DNA from: Mobula hypostoma
Lineage: Eukaryota
Direction: 5' to 3'
Assembly: GCF_963921235.1 (NCBI RefSeq)
Contig: NC_086097.1
Location: 216,754,001 to 216,818,000, forward strand
DNA: 64,000 nt
A program made the translations under genes and the position numbers. Each line of letters starts with the position of its first letter. Position 1 is the first letter of the stretch. Shown one piece after another: positions 51,491 to 64,000 of the stretch. The notes below the pieces were generated by a model. The model was given only the letters and a program-made list of their open reading frames with translations. It was not told the DNA's origin and made no database searches.

Positions 51491-54375
51491 TTAACAATCC
51501 TTCAAACTGAACCAAACAGCCCCATGCACATCTTCCCTATCCCTCCTGGCAATTTTAGACGCTGCTATTAATACAATCTACTACAAAAAAATTCCATATT
51601 GTTACAATAAAAAATGTTTGGACACATATACCAACCTTCAGTTTTTCAAACTGACAATTAATGTTTCAGCTTAAGTGTAAAGTTATTACCATTTACAAAA
51701 CTTTGTATAGAGGATGGCAAGATCAACTTGATTAAGGCACAGCATGTTTGAGGTATTGACAGATTTGGGCTCAAAGATTCCTAAGTTTGAGTCATAGTGG
51801 CCCATCAACCACCCTAATCCTATATTGGTACAGTATAATATTTTGTTCTCTCCACATTCTTGTAGACTCCCATCCCCTGCTTCCCGCCACCCCCCACCTA
51901 CATTTTACTATTCGTCTACGCACTATAGTTATCAATGGCTGCCATCATTGCTTTGTGCTGTTTCACCGGGCAGGGGGGTGAGAAGATGGGTGGAAGTACT
52001 CGGCATGGAATGGAAAATAAAGGGCTATAGGGAGCAACACTGACAGACGGCACTGTGTGATTGACTGTAGATTGGAAGGCAGAGAGAAAATATGCTGAAT
52101 TTTTAAAAGTTAGTTGGTGCCTTCCTTCAAACCATTGGTTCATGAATCCAATTATATTAGGAAGGCATTCCCTAATTAACAGACTTCAAAGTACTATTGA
52201 GTTTATGCTCACATTTCCAGGGTCTCCTTTCATTGTAAAATTTTCCAGCAAGTGTGATGGTATTGGGTTTGCTGACCAGTAAGTTCCAAACTCAGATGAA
52301 GAGCTCAAGCCCTATCAGATATAAATAACCATGAGTACTCTCACTAAAGGGAGATTATACTGTAATGACCCAATCTTCAAAGGCTCGTTTAATTCCGTGT
52401 TTATTCTCCACAGGGAGTTTAGCTGCCAATACCAACTATTCGAGCTGTGGGTCTCCTCTCCCTACCAAGAAGATACTTCCAGCTAACAAAGTACTTGTAG
52501 CTTAAAACACAGTTCGTTTACTTACAGTGATCATGTTTAAATCCACATTCTCAAAACACATATAAAACTCAGGGAGGACTTCTACCTTAAACATTTCCCA
52601 ATTATAAACCATTTCCAGAGCACAAAGGACAAAACATTTCTCTAACAAAAAGGATTAAAGCTTTCCCAAACACAGGTACAATTCCTATACAGTAAACGAA
52701 AAAGACATACCAAAGATGCAGACAAACAAGTTGCCAGTCGCAGAAACTAATGCTGGAGAAATGGATTGTAGTTCTTCTATGTTCCTTGATGTTTCTTACC
52801 CCGTTCCCAATAAACCTGTACTGCTCTCTACATTTATATCTCTTTTCTCCCATTTGAGTGTGTTTGCATGTATGTGAATTTCCACAGATATCCTTTTAAC
52901 ACAAGCAACCTAAAAGAATTTTTTTGGAGATACAGATCTTAGCTAGCTACTGCTAATGCTGTAATGCTAACTTCTGAGTATATAAACATCTTCCAACTGC
53001 AAACACATCAGTTATTGAACTGTTAAATAATATTATTCATCTGGTTCTGTAAGCTACCTCGAACTATGCAACTTAAGAGTCAGCTTGTCTGTTTAAAACA
53101 ATCCAAATTCGGGCACCTTCAAAGTCCTGAACCGCTAGATTATCAGAGTTTTACTGTACACTTTTCAGCAGACCCAGCAGGGGAGCAGCTTTCAAGGACT
53201 ACTTTCAGGAAATTGCTGCACCCAGTCTGTGATGGTTTTACAATTGGCTCATCCTTGTCAAATTCTCCAAGGAATAGATACTCTCCTTTACTGGTCATTT
53301 CACAAACAGGTTGCCTCTGTAATAACTGACAGTTGAGCTAGTAGCTCAATATTCATAAACTGCAGATAAAGTGGCTATCACATCTAGTTGTATCACAGGA
53401 TTGTCAGGTAGGCTAATTGCTGATTTACTGATAACCTGTATGCTTACCACACACTTGGCTCATTCAAAGTTTAGATATTTTTCAAGTTTGGGGCCATCCC
53501 ATAACATATCAAAAGCTTCTAAATGACCCAAATGACATGCAGTGCCTAACCTCATGACCAAAGCTATGTTCTTACTATCTAAAACAGAATGTAAATGGGG
53601 AATAGGCCTAAGATCTTCTCTACAGAAATAAGTCTCTTAAAACAATTTCCTTTTCATTTGTATACTTCTTGTGACTCTATCCTTACTTTGATCTGTATGT
53701 TGTTGGTTTTACCGAGTGACCTTCCATCCTCACATATTCTACTTTTCTTGTTACTGTCTATTGCCACCATTATTCTTAGTTACGTTTGGATTTTGAATCA
53801 CAGGATTGGTTTAACAACACAAGTGAGGAAATGGGGCACTTGCTGAGAAATTTGAAACTCCTGAACCTTCTTAACCTGCTGCTAGCTCACACCTAAATAT
53901 GAAGCAACTGATAGCATGAAGGTGAGTCAGCGAAGCAAGTGTAGGGGATGTCTCATGATCATGACCTTGTCTGATCCATTTTTCAGGTGGATGCTTTACT
54001 TAGTTTTCCTAATGTTTCCCTTGTTCCCAGCCCCACTTCCATCGTCTTGTATCTATGGCTACCACAAAATCCAGACACCTGGTTGCATGTTTGATCAGCT
54101 ACCACCTTCCCAGTGTTCTGATGCTTCAGACCCTGAATACTATTGACTCTAATCCTCTCTGGCCTCACTTCCAACTAAAATCCAGAGCCCACCCAACTTG
54201 CATAGGTGAAGTTCTCATGGAGAAATGTTCACACAACGCAAATAACACCTGTACAAAGCCCAGGGTTTAATTGCCTCTTGGACTATTGCACAGAAACTGC
54301 ACACTTGCACACATTAACTTTAAGGGAGGAGGACTATGGGATAATCTTTATAAAACACGCAACCATTTACAACAA

Positions 54376-54471
54376 CACACATCAAAGTTGCTGGTGAACG
54401 CAGCAGGCCAGGCAGCATCTGTAGGAAGAGGTGCAGGTCGACGTTTCAGGCCGAGACCCTTCATCAGGACT
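54376..54471 (-). mobile_element. 96-bp Penelope-derived mini-element carrying a hammerhead
   Basis: Flanked by the 15-bp direct repeat AACCATTTACAACAA (54361-54375, 54472-54486). Confidence 0.85.
54437..54471 (-). ncRNA. Minimal hammerhead ribozyme motif
   Basis: Minus strand AGTC-CTGATGA-AGG-GTCTCGG-CCT-GAAAC-GTC^GAC. Confidence 0.78.
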
Positions 54472-55439
54472 AACCATTTACAACAATTACTCTTGGTCCC
54501 ACTGACGGCATAGCACCACCCCGGCCTGGATATTACAGATGCCCTGTTCCCATCTCCACTCTAAGGACTGGAACTTGCATGAGATAAAATAAAGTTAATA
54601 TATGCAGAGGGATAATTATTGTTTGAAGTACTTCATTTTATACATTCCAAGAGGTAAAGCAAATTAGAGTTGCACAATATTTGCATGATGAAATAGTTGT
54701 GTTGTCAATCTAATGCTGGGAACATTGCATAAAGGCTGAGAACCTCATTTGTAAGATTCAAAGAGGAATGTTGTTGGGTTACAATGTGTAAAGCTGTATT
54801 GAACCTCCTTGTATTTATTTTCACATTGCTCTAATCAAAGTAAATATCATATGTACCAAGGTACAAAAAGAATGGTTACAATTGCATAGAGCTGGCCAGC
54901 AGCTTTGCATGAAGTAATTGCAACGGAGGGTGCCAAATGCACTCAAGTGGGAATCATTTCCTGTTGCAAGACCAGTGAATGTTTAGCTTTAAAATCTTGC
55001 TCGCGTTGCATGGAAATTTCCTAGTCTTCACTTTGTTTTGGTACAACTTCCTTGTGTGGCAAGCTGTAGCCACTGAAGAGATGCAGAGAATCATATTTTG
55101 TACACTCTTATCAACTGTGTTATAAATGAAGCTTCCTGACAAGTTCTCCTTTTGCCATATGTATTGACGTATGGTAGCAAATAAAACGAGGATCATTGCT
55201 TGGGTTAGCTCAGACCTGCTTTTGTCTCTGCCATGGGTTAACTCAATGCTTTATGCTTGACACATAAAATTGTGTGACACTCCTGTTTACATCTTATCAT
55301 TGTAACTTAATTGATATGAATTATGCAAGTGTTCTTCCTCCTGTTGTTAAGCTTCTGAAGGTTGACAATATTGCTGCAAATTTCAGTTGACTTGTTCAAT
55401 GATTTATATATTAAAGGACTGCCACCAGCAGAGTACATA

Positions 55440-56980
55440 AAGCAATGTATTCTGTAGATGTTTTGGGTGGAGATGCTTCATCAGGACTGGAGAAAAAAAT
55501 GATGAGTAGATTTAAAAGGTGGGGTGGGGGTGGGTGGGAGAGAAACACAAGGTGATAGCTGAAACCGGGAAGGGGAGAGATGAAGTAAAGAGCCAAAAGT
55601 TGATTGGTGGAAGAGATACAGGGCTGGAGATGGGAGAGTCCGACAGGAGAGAACAGAAGGCCTCAGAGAAAAGGGGGAGGGGCACCAGAGGGAAGCGATG
55701 GGCAGGCAAGGAGATAAGATGAAAGAGGGAAAAGGGGATGGGGAATGGTGAAGGAGAGGGCGGGGAAGGGGGCCATTACCAGAAGTTCGAGAAATCGATG
55801 TTCATGCCATCAGGTTAGAGACTACCCAGATGGAATATAAGGTGTTGTTCCTCCAACCTGAGTGTGGCCACATTGTGACAGTAGAGGAAGCCGTGGATTG
55901 ACATATCGAAATGGGAAATGGAAGTGGAATTAAAATGGTTGGCCACTGGGAGATCCCACTTCTGGCAGATGGAGTGTAGGTGCTCAGTGAAATGGTCTCC
56001 CAAATCTATGTCAGGTCTTGCCGATATACAGGAGGCCACACCAGGAGCATTGCATACAGTACATGGCCCCAACAGACTCACAGGTGAAGTGTCACCTACC
56101 CTGGAAGGACTGTTTGGGGCCCTGAATGGTAGTGAGGGAGGAGGTGTAGGGGCAGGTGTAGCACTTGTTCCGCTTGCAAGGATAAGTACCAGGAGGGAAA
56201 TCAGTGGAGAGGGACGAGTGGACAAGGAAGTCGCATAGGGAGCAATCCCTGTGGAAAGCATAAAGTGGGGGCAGGGGGAAGATGTGCTTGATGGTGGGAT
56301 CCTGTCGGAGGTGGCGGAAATTTTGGAGAATTATGTGCTGGACACGGAGGCTGGTGGGGTGGTAGGTAAGGACAAGAGAAACCCTATCCCTGGTAGGGTG
56401 GCAGGAGGATGGGTTAAGAGCAGACATGCGTGAAATGTAAGAGATGCCGTTGAGGGCAGCATTGATGGTGGAGGAAGAGAAGCCCCTTTCTTTGAGAAGG
56501 AGGACTTCTCCATTTGAGAATGAATTTCTCAAATTTCCATAGTGACCCTCCCACCCTCTCATCCCCTCATTCCCCGCCCTCTCCTTCACCTTTCCTCATC
56601 CCCTTTTCCCTCTCTCATCTTATCTCCTTACCTGACCATCGCCTCCCTCTGGTGCTCTTTCCCCTTTCTCCAAGGCCTTCTGTTCTCTCCTGTTGGATTC
56701 TCCAGTCTTCAACCCTGTATCTCTTCCACCAATTAACTTCCCAGCTCTTTACTTCATTCCCCTCCCCCTCCCGGTTTCACCTGTCACCTTGTGTTTCTCC
56801 CTCCCCTCCACCACCTTTTAAATCTACTCCTCATCTTCTTTTCTCCAGCCCTGCTGAAGGGTTTCAGTCTGAAACATCGACTGCACTTTCTTCCATAGAT
56901 GCTGCCTGGTCTGCTGAGTTCCTTCAGCATTTTATGTGTCTTGCTCGGATTTCCAGCATCTGCAGATTTTATCTTTTTTG
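55440..56980 (-). mobile_element. Penelope-like element with inverted terminal-repeat arrangement
   Basis: Minus-strand ORF remnants (DRVSLVLTYHP...TYPCKRNKCYTC...QGPKQSF; LEEQHLIFHLGSL) at ~55780-56513, then a plus-strand terminal repeat at 56514-56980. Both hammerheads degenerate. Confidence 0.88.
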
Positions 56981-57464
56981 TGATATTCTGTACGTTCTTA
57001 CTACATGTGGACAACAGAAGAGGGAGATTGAGGATGAGCAAACAACTTGGTGAATCTTTGTTCAAAACAAAGATAGCATGATATTTGTTTTTTTTCTGGG
57101 TAAATCCTGCTGCTCTCAGCTGAGTGCTACACATTAAGTGGCACTTTACGAAGGGAAAACTCTGCAAATTGATAAGGGCTACTTTCTTGCATTTCTGGTG
57201 GTTTGCTTCAAAATGCAATTTTATTGTTAGATCATTAGCAGATACATAGTTAAATTTTAGAAATTAGAGTTTTCATTTAATTTTTCCTGCCACTCGAGAG
57301 AATGCCATCTCATTGAAGTGAGGGAGCATGTGCACATAATCAGAATCAGGTTTGATAATCATGAAATTTGTTGTTAGGTGGCAGTGGTACATTGCCATAC
57401 TTAATAATAAAAACATGACAGATGGCAGTGATGTTAAACCTGATTCTGGTTACACGTTCATGTT

Positions 57465-57720
57465 GAGCAGATAGAAAGGATGTGGAAGGTTAAAGCCAGA
57501 GTAATCCCGGTGGTGATAGGAGCACTTGGAGCTGTGACACCTGGACTGGGAGAGTGTCTCTGACAAATCTCGGGAACAACATCTGAGATCTCGGTCCAGA
57601 AGAGCGCTCTGCTCGGAACAGCAAAGACATTGCACCAAACCCTCAGGCTCACAGGCCTCTGGTAGAGGACCCGACACTGAGGGAAAAAGTGCACATGTAC
57701 ACCACCCATAAAGAGTGAGA
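57465..57720 (+). mobile_element. R4/Dong (Rex6-like) LINE 3' end
   Basis: EQIERMWKVKARVIPVVIGALGAVTPGLGECL*QISGTTSEISVQKSALLGTAKTLHQTLRLTGLW*, ending at (TA)n. Confidence 0.78.
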
Positions 57721-57739
57721 AATATATATATTTATAAAA

Positions 57740-58355
57740 AGTTACATTAAATAAGTAATGCAAAAATGTAGTGAGGTAGTGTTCATAGATACAATGTCCA
57801 CACAGAAATCTGATGGCGGAGGGGAAGAAACTGTTTCTGAGTCATTGAGTGTGTGCTCTCAGGCTCCTGTACCTCCTTCGTGATGGTTGCGATGAGATGA
57901 GGGCATGCCCTGGGTGATGGGTATCCTTAGTGGATGTCACCTTTTTGAAGCGTCACTTCTTGAAGATATCCTGGATGTCTGGGAAGCTCGTGCCCATGAT
58001 GGAGCTGACTGAATTTACAACTTTCTGCAGCTTATTTCAATCCTGTGCAGTGTCCCCCTCCATAGCAAATGGTGATGCAGTCAATTAGAATGCTCTCCAT
58101 GCTAGTTCTGTGGAAATTTGTGAGTGCCTTTGGTGATATAACAAACCTCCTCAAACTCCTAATGAAATAAAACCACTGCCATGCCTTCTTTGTAATTGCA
58201 TCAATATGCTGGGCCCAGGAGAAATCCTCAGAGATGTTGACACCCAGCAACCTGAAATTGCTCATTCTCTCCACTTCTGATCTCTCTATGAGGAATGGTG
58301 TGTGCTCCCTCATCTTCCTCTTTCTGAAGAATACAATCAATTCTTTGGTCTTACC
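57740..58355 (-). mobile_element. Rex1/Babar-type LINE fragment
   Basis: KTKELIV...LLGVNISEDFSWAQHIDAITKKAWQWFYFIRSLRRF...ESILIDCITICYG. Confidence 0.85.
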
Positions 58356-58747
58356 CACCACAAGTCTGCACAGTCTGTAAAGCCTTGTGGTCAGTAACAG
58401 TGACTTGAGATGAGACATTCTTGGAAATGTGAACATGATTGTTCTGTTCACAATTAAACAAATGTTACTGAACTGGGACCAGGACCTGGGATGCCCTGTC
58501 CATACAGTTTTGAGAATGGGTGAGGCCAATATTTTAGCTTTATTGTGGAGTCCCAAACATGTGTAGAGATCGCCAATGGAGTCTTCATTGAGGAGAAATC
58601 AAAATAAAACAAATTTCGACAGTGTGGGAACAGATACAATAAACAAACAAATATTAATCACATATGAGATTTTGTGATATTACTAGTCAGGCTGACTTGC
58701 AAGAACAGAATTCATGTTTCACTCATGACTAATTAGGAGGTAACTTC

Positions 58748-59380
58748 TGTAACCCTCAGGCTCAGCCAGCACATGTTCGTCTAGGGGAAGACAACTTCTG
58801 GCCCCGCCGAACTGAGAAATCTCGTTTGTGTGGATGCTCTGTGATGTGTTGCCCGCTTACAAATCTGCACCGCAAAATATCAGAAAGTACACTATATGCA
58901 ATTAACTGATTGAACTTTACAAATCTTAATCTGAATATAGGGTTAGTAAAGAAAATAAAAAGAAAAAGGGCCTATTTTAAGAGAAAAGTCAAAAGTGCAC
59001 TTTGGAGCTCACAAATACGGCCATTCATCAACCATCGACCTCCTCTGAGCATCACCGACCTTCGGACCCTCGCTCCCAGTCCACTCCGTCCGGTGGTCTA
59101 CCAGCTGTCTCCACACGCGTCTTCCTTCTTCTCTTCTCGCCAACCAAAGACCGCGAAAATCTCTCTTCCAGACTCAGCAGAAACAACAGCATTCCAAACC
59201 CTGTTATCTCTAGTCATAACCCAAACGCTGCTGCTACAGAGAAACCATTACATTAGCAGTGAAACATCACAGAAAGGCCATTACATTAGCAGTGAAACAT
59301 CACAGAGAGGCCATTACATTAGCAGTGAAACATTACAGAGAGGCCATTACATTAGCAGTGAAACCTTACAGCGCACTACA
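58748..59380. mobile_element. Solo LTR (633 bp) with internal 33-bp tandem array
   Basis: TGTA...TACA termini, 4-bp TSD CTTC (58744-58747, 59381-59384), four 33-bp units at ~59236-59371. Confidence 0.8.
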
Positions 59381-59409
59381 CTTCACTGTATCTAGAGAAG
59401 GGTATCCTC

Positions 59410-59601
59410 AAAGTCAAAATCTAAGTAAATCTATTATCAAAGTGTATATATGTCACCAGATACTACCCCAAGATTCATTTTCTTGCATGCATTTGCAATA
59501 AGTACAAAAAATGCAATAGAGTCAATGAATAACTGCACACAAAAAAAGGATAAATAACTAATGTGCAAAAGACAACAAATGATACAAATACAAAAATATA
59601 A

Positions 59602-59632
<31 letters not shown>

Positions 59633-60050
59633 GCAATAAATATTGAGAACATGAGTTGTAAAGTCCTTGAAAGTGAATTCATACGTTGTGGAATCAGTTC
59701 AGTGTTGGCGTGAGTGAAGTTACTCACTCTGGTTTATTAGCCTGATAGTTGCAGGGTAATAACTGTTCCTGAACCTGGTGGTGTGAGTCCTGAGGCTCCT
59801 GTATCTCCTTCCTGATGGTTGAGGGGTAATAACTGTTCCTGAACCTGGTGGTGTTGGACCTGAGGCTCCTGTACCTCCTTGCTGATGGCAACAATGAGAC
59901 GAGAGCACAGCCTGGATGGTGGGGTTCTTGAGGATGGATGCTGCTTTCCTGCGACAGTACTCCGCGTAGACGTGCTCAATAGTGAAGGACAGGCTGTATC
60001 ACGCCTTTTTGCAGGTTTTTCTGATTTAGGGTCATGGTGTTTCCATTACT
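59410..60050 (-). mobile_element. Rex1/Babar-type LINE 3' fragment with internal tandem duplication
   Basis: PSGRRYRSLRTHTTRFRNSYYPATIRLIN; GGGTAATAACTGTTCCTGAACCTGGTGGTGT occurs twice (~59754, ~59824). Confidence 0.8.
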
Positions 60051-60529
60051 TTCTAATAATAAGCAATAGGTGGACAGGAGTCACACTTGGGGCATCTGTC
60101 AGAATCAAATTCCCACAATAAGATGGGATAGTGAAATTCATCATCTGGGATCATTCTGAGTGTGAGGTTTAATAATCAGGCCTAATTCTGTGTGCATTGT
60201 TTGCATGCCACAGCACTCCCCCCTCAACTATGAAACAATATCAGTGAAAGAAATTGGGAACCAGTGATGTAACTGTTCACACCATGCTCATCAATATTTT
60301 CAACCCATAATGTTTCACCTTGAGCAAAATATAATCTGCTAGAAGAACTGACAACTATTCTTTTCCTCTCACAGATGCTGCTTGACCTGCTCGGATTTTC
60401 CAGTAGATTGTTCATTGTACCAGATCCCAGCATCTGCAGTCTCTTCTGTGTAAACATTTCAACTTCAACTTTATGATTGAAATGCAAAAGGAAACAATAA
60501 TAATGTAACAATTAGTGGTTATAGTAGTT

Positions 60530-61218
60530 TCACATTGATGAAGGTAGATCAGTGAATGTAGTGTAGTGGATTTCAGTAAGGCATTTGATAAGGTTCCCCA
60601 AGCAAGGCTTCTTCAGAAAGTAAGGAGGCATGGGATCCAAGGAGACCTTGCTTTGTGGATCCAGAACTGGTTGCCCACAGAAGGCAAAGGGTGGTTGTAG
60701 ATGGTTCGCTTTCTGCATGGAGGTTGGTGACCAGTGGTATTCCACGGGGATCTGTTCTGAGACCCCTCCTCTTCATGATTTTTATTGTGATTTTTGGAGG
60801 GTTGTCAGAGGTTACAGCGGGATATTGATAGGATGCAGAACTGGGCTGAGAAGTGGCAGATGGACTTCAACCCAGATAAGTGTGAAGTGGTTCATTTTGG
60901 TAGGTCTAACTTGAAGACAGAATATAACGTAAATGTACGAGGGGACATAGTTCTAAGGTGCTTAGAAATAGGTACTGAGGGGATGTGAGGGGTAAGTTTT
61001 TCACACAGAGAGTGTGGGTGCGTGGAATGCACTGCTGGTGTTGGTGGTGGAGGCGGATACAATAGGGTCTTTTAAGACCCTCTTAGATAGGTACATGGAG
61101 CTTAGGAAAATAGAGGGCTATGCGCTAGGGAAATTCTAGGTAGTTTCTAGATTAGGTTATATGCTCGGCACAACATTGTGGGCTGAAGGGCCTGTAACGT
61201 GCTGTAGATTTCTATGTT
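60530..61218 (+). mobile_element. CR1 LINE fragments
   Basis: DFSKAFDKVP; LQRDIDRMQNWAEKWQMDFNPDKCEVVHFG; CR1 tail. Confidence 0.85.
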
Positions 61219-61696
61219 CGATATCTCATACAATGAAGCCAAAATTCCGGCTGAAATTTAATACAAAATATTAAATAATTCCTTCAGATAACACAGAGTG
61301 CAGGCAGAACACAGAAATGATTGTTTTTGTTGCCAAAACCAGAAAGATTGAAATAGACTGGGCGGACTGTCAAAGAGTCCAGTATCTGAATTCCCCACAT
61401 GCAGGCAATTCTTCAACACATTGAAGCAATAGAAGGTTGGTGATTGGGATGCATTAATAGTATGTTCTCTATGTAACTGCATCTAGTTTGCCTCTTTGTA
61501 ATTCCTTCACTGTTTTAGTGACCAGGTAATTGGAAAAATGGTCAGAGCTACTACAAGTGCTTTCTCCAAAGGAGATCACTGGAAAAGCATGTAAGAATAT
61601 ACTCTAGTACAGAAATAAGAGTGTGCATCATTTGAATGCATTGAGGAAATTAAAATTTGGAAGGGGCTTACCATGTGGATTATAACCAGACATGAA

Positions 61697-61733
61697 AGTT
61701 CTGATGAAGGATCATTAACCTGAAACATTGACT
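61697..61733 (+). ncRNA. Older hammerhead-like motif in a diverged Penelope repeat
   Basis: AGTT-CTGATGA-AGG-ATCATTAA-CCT-GAAAC-ATT^GACT. Core and stems I/II retained; stem III palindrome lost. Confidence 0.5.
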
Positions 61734-62079
61734 CTAGTTTTCTTATCACTGTTCCCTGATTTGCTGAGGATTCCAGCACTCTCTGTTTTTGTTGGACATG
61801 GCTGTACAGTGATTGTTTAACTCGGCAGAGTTTTCTATTCGTACAGGCAGGCCATTATGGTGACAACCACAGGAGTACACATGCTAGGCACATTTATAAA
61901 TGATCCATCAGGATCCCTGGCTGCACATCACCATCCACTTTCCGTCTCCACCTCCAAGTCTTCAGCTCCTTTCTTCCGCTCAGTTTGCTGCCTGGTTTCT
62001 CTTTGTCACAAAATGCTTTTTACAGATCCTAGTGTTCAGGTTTCATGAGGATTCTCCACCCTTTTCACTGTAATTAGAG

Positions 62080-62960
62080 TCAAAGGGCAATACAGCACAG
62101 AAAAAAAGCCAAACTGTTGTTCTACTTAGTCCTATTGACCCATACCTGGACCATAGCCATCCACACCCAAACCTCTCTCAAATGTTGCAATCAAACCCAC
62201 ATCCAACACCTCCACTGATAGCTCGTTCCACCCTCGCGCTGCCATCTGAGTGAAGAAGATCCCCCCCCCCCCCGGCAGGTTACCTTTAAATACATCACCT
62301 TTCACCCTTGACTTTTGACCTCTACTTCTGATCTCGCCCAACATCAGTGGGAAAAACTCTGCTTGTATTTACCCTGTCTATACCACTCATAATTTTGTAT
62401 ACCTCTATCAAATAAGATAAGATAAAACTTTATTTATCCTGAAGGAAATTATTGTTGCAAGGTTGCTCAGTCAGAAATATATACTTTAAAATACAAAATA
62501 TGAGCATTGAGGGATGAAAAAAAATACGAAGTGTGCATTAAAAAGTAATAGTGCAAAATATAGATATGCAATCAAATCATATACTTCTATACTTAAGGAG
62601 GAGGTGTTGTAGAGTCTTATAGCCACAGGGGGAAGGATTTCCTGTGGTGTTTAGTGGTGCACTTTGGTGGATTATTCCCTCATTCTTCTACCTCGAAGAA
62701 ATAAAGTCTTAACCTATTCATCATTTTCCTGTAACTCAGATCCTTGAGTCTCGGCAACATCCTTTTAAATTTTCTTTATACACACAATACTCCAAATTAG
62801 GCCTCATCAAAGTCTCATACAACTTCTACATAACATCACAACACCTGTACTTAATGCTTTGAACTATGAAGGCCAGTATGCCAAAAGCTCTCTATATAGC
62901 CCTATCTATCTGTGACGCGACTTTTGAGGAATTATAGATCTGTATTCCAAGACCCATCTG
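62080..62960 (-). mobile_element. CR1 3' fragment interrupted by a Rex-type tail (~62410-62670)
   Basis: Reverse-complement CR1 C-terminus; insert begins with (ATAAG)n. Confidence 0.65.
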
Positions 62961-64000
62961 TTTTACTGCACTCCCGCACTCCTCTACCACACGGAGTCAC
63001 AAAAGACCTGAACACCAAACAAAACTACATACAGATTATTTTGTGATATTTCCTCAGGGCTGTGAAATAACTACTTTGCAGCTTTGTGAAAAAATAAGCA
63101 AAAATCACTAAATATGTATATAAAACTGAGTTATCAATTCCACCATTAATGATAAAACTTGAAGTCCAGAACAGGAAATTCCGACTATGCTAACTTTATT
63201 TGAGCAAACTGCTTTGGAAGATTGTGGAGTTGTAAGATGACTGCTTTTTGACTTGAACCAATTTTATATGTTTTCGCTGCAATCAACAGAGTAAGGCTCA
63301 TGAAGCAGTTGCATTGAGATCCTAGGATGCTGAAATCTTCCTTCCTTTGAGTGTGAATTCTCACAAAGCCAGCATGAGTTTATTTGTCTGTTTCTCCAGA
63401 GCTCAGTCTTGTAATCAATGTATGTGCTCACTGGCCTTAACCATCTGGCCCATGTCCTCTTCTCAATGTTGCTAGCAGGCAAATGATACAGGAGCTTAAA
63501 AACCCACATCTCGAGGTTCAATGTAAGCTTCTTCCCTATTGTCATTAGGTTCATGAACTGACTTTAAAAAAAACCCTAACACTACCTAGGTCTAAATTTC
63601 TCCTTCTCTCTCACTAATGTCATTATCATTTGTTGTTGTGAGGTTATATTAATTTAAGTTTATGTAAACATGTTTGTCATGTACTGTGCAGCTGCTGCAT
63701 AATGCTAACTTTCATGGCATTTATATGCAGTGTATGTATGTCTATGACAATAAACTTGAACAAAGAATTGTGCATAATTGAATCACCTATTAAAAGTAAT
63801 TCTCAATTCAATGATGTTTCCTTCAGGTTTAATAAATGTAAATAGAAAACTCAGTATCCATAACATTTGACAAATGGATTTGACTTCATGTTATTTGGCT
63901 CACTCCTGGCTCTGATTCAGGCTCTATTCCAGAGGCATGAGCATCAGTCACCTATCCCATTGCTGAATGCAGGACTTTGGTCTGCCAACTTTCTGCCACG

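Noticed and set aside
56514..57053. 179-aa Pro/Ser-rich ORF
   Set aside because: Translation of the pyrimidine-rich Penelope terminal repeat.
59236..59371. Regular repeats suggesting a CRISPR array or a repeat protein (GHYISSETSQR)n
   Set aside because: Head-to-tail units with no unique spacers, inside an LTR in eukaryotic DNA.

Overview
Eukaryotic, AT-rich, repeat-dense vertebrate DNA. The repeat set (CR1 LINEs, Rex1/Babar-type LINEs, V-SINE-like SINEs, Penelope-like elements) is typical of a cartilaginous fish, probably a ray; this is an inference. The only host protein-coding sequence I can recognise is the first coding exon of PDE7A (minus strand, 2601-2744, in a CpG island). The remaining ~60 kb is its upstream region, filled with truncated and often nested retroelements: CR1, Rex/Babar, R4/Dong-type, an L2/Crack-like LINE, a decayed Gypsy provirus, solo LTRs and Penelope elements. 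The ORFs in the supplied track that I can assign are retroelement fragments; the rest are unrecognised and probably spurious. Most notable: (1) several intact minimal hammerhead ribozyme motifs in Penelope-derived repeats, two of them ~100-bp stand-alone units with 15-16 bp target duplications; (2) a 99-bp near-perfect inverted pair of these repeats enclosing a splice-site-bounded non-coding exon candidate; (3) a probable 5'UTR intron and uORF in PDE7A; (4) a ~50-bp-stem palindrome near the promoter; (5) a local segmental duplication with an unusually conserved core. I cannot claim a wholly new system: Penelope hammerheads are a known class, and the mini-element and circRNA/lncRNA readings are hypotheses.
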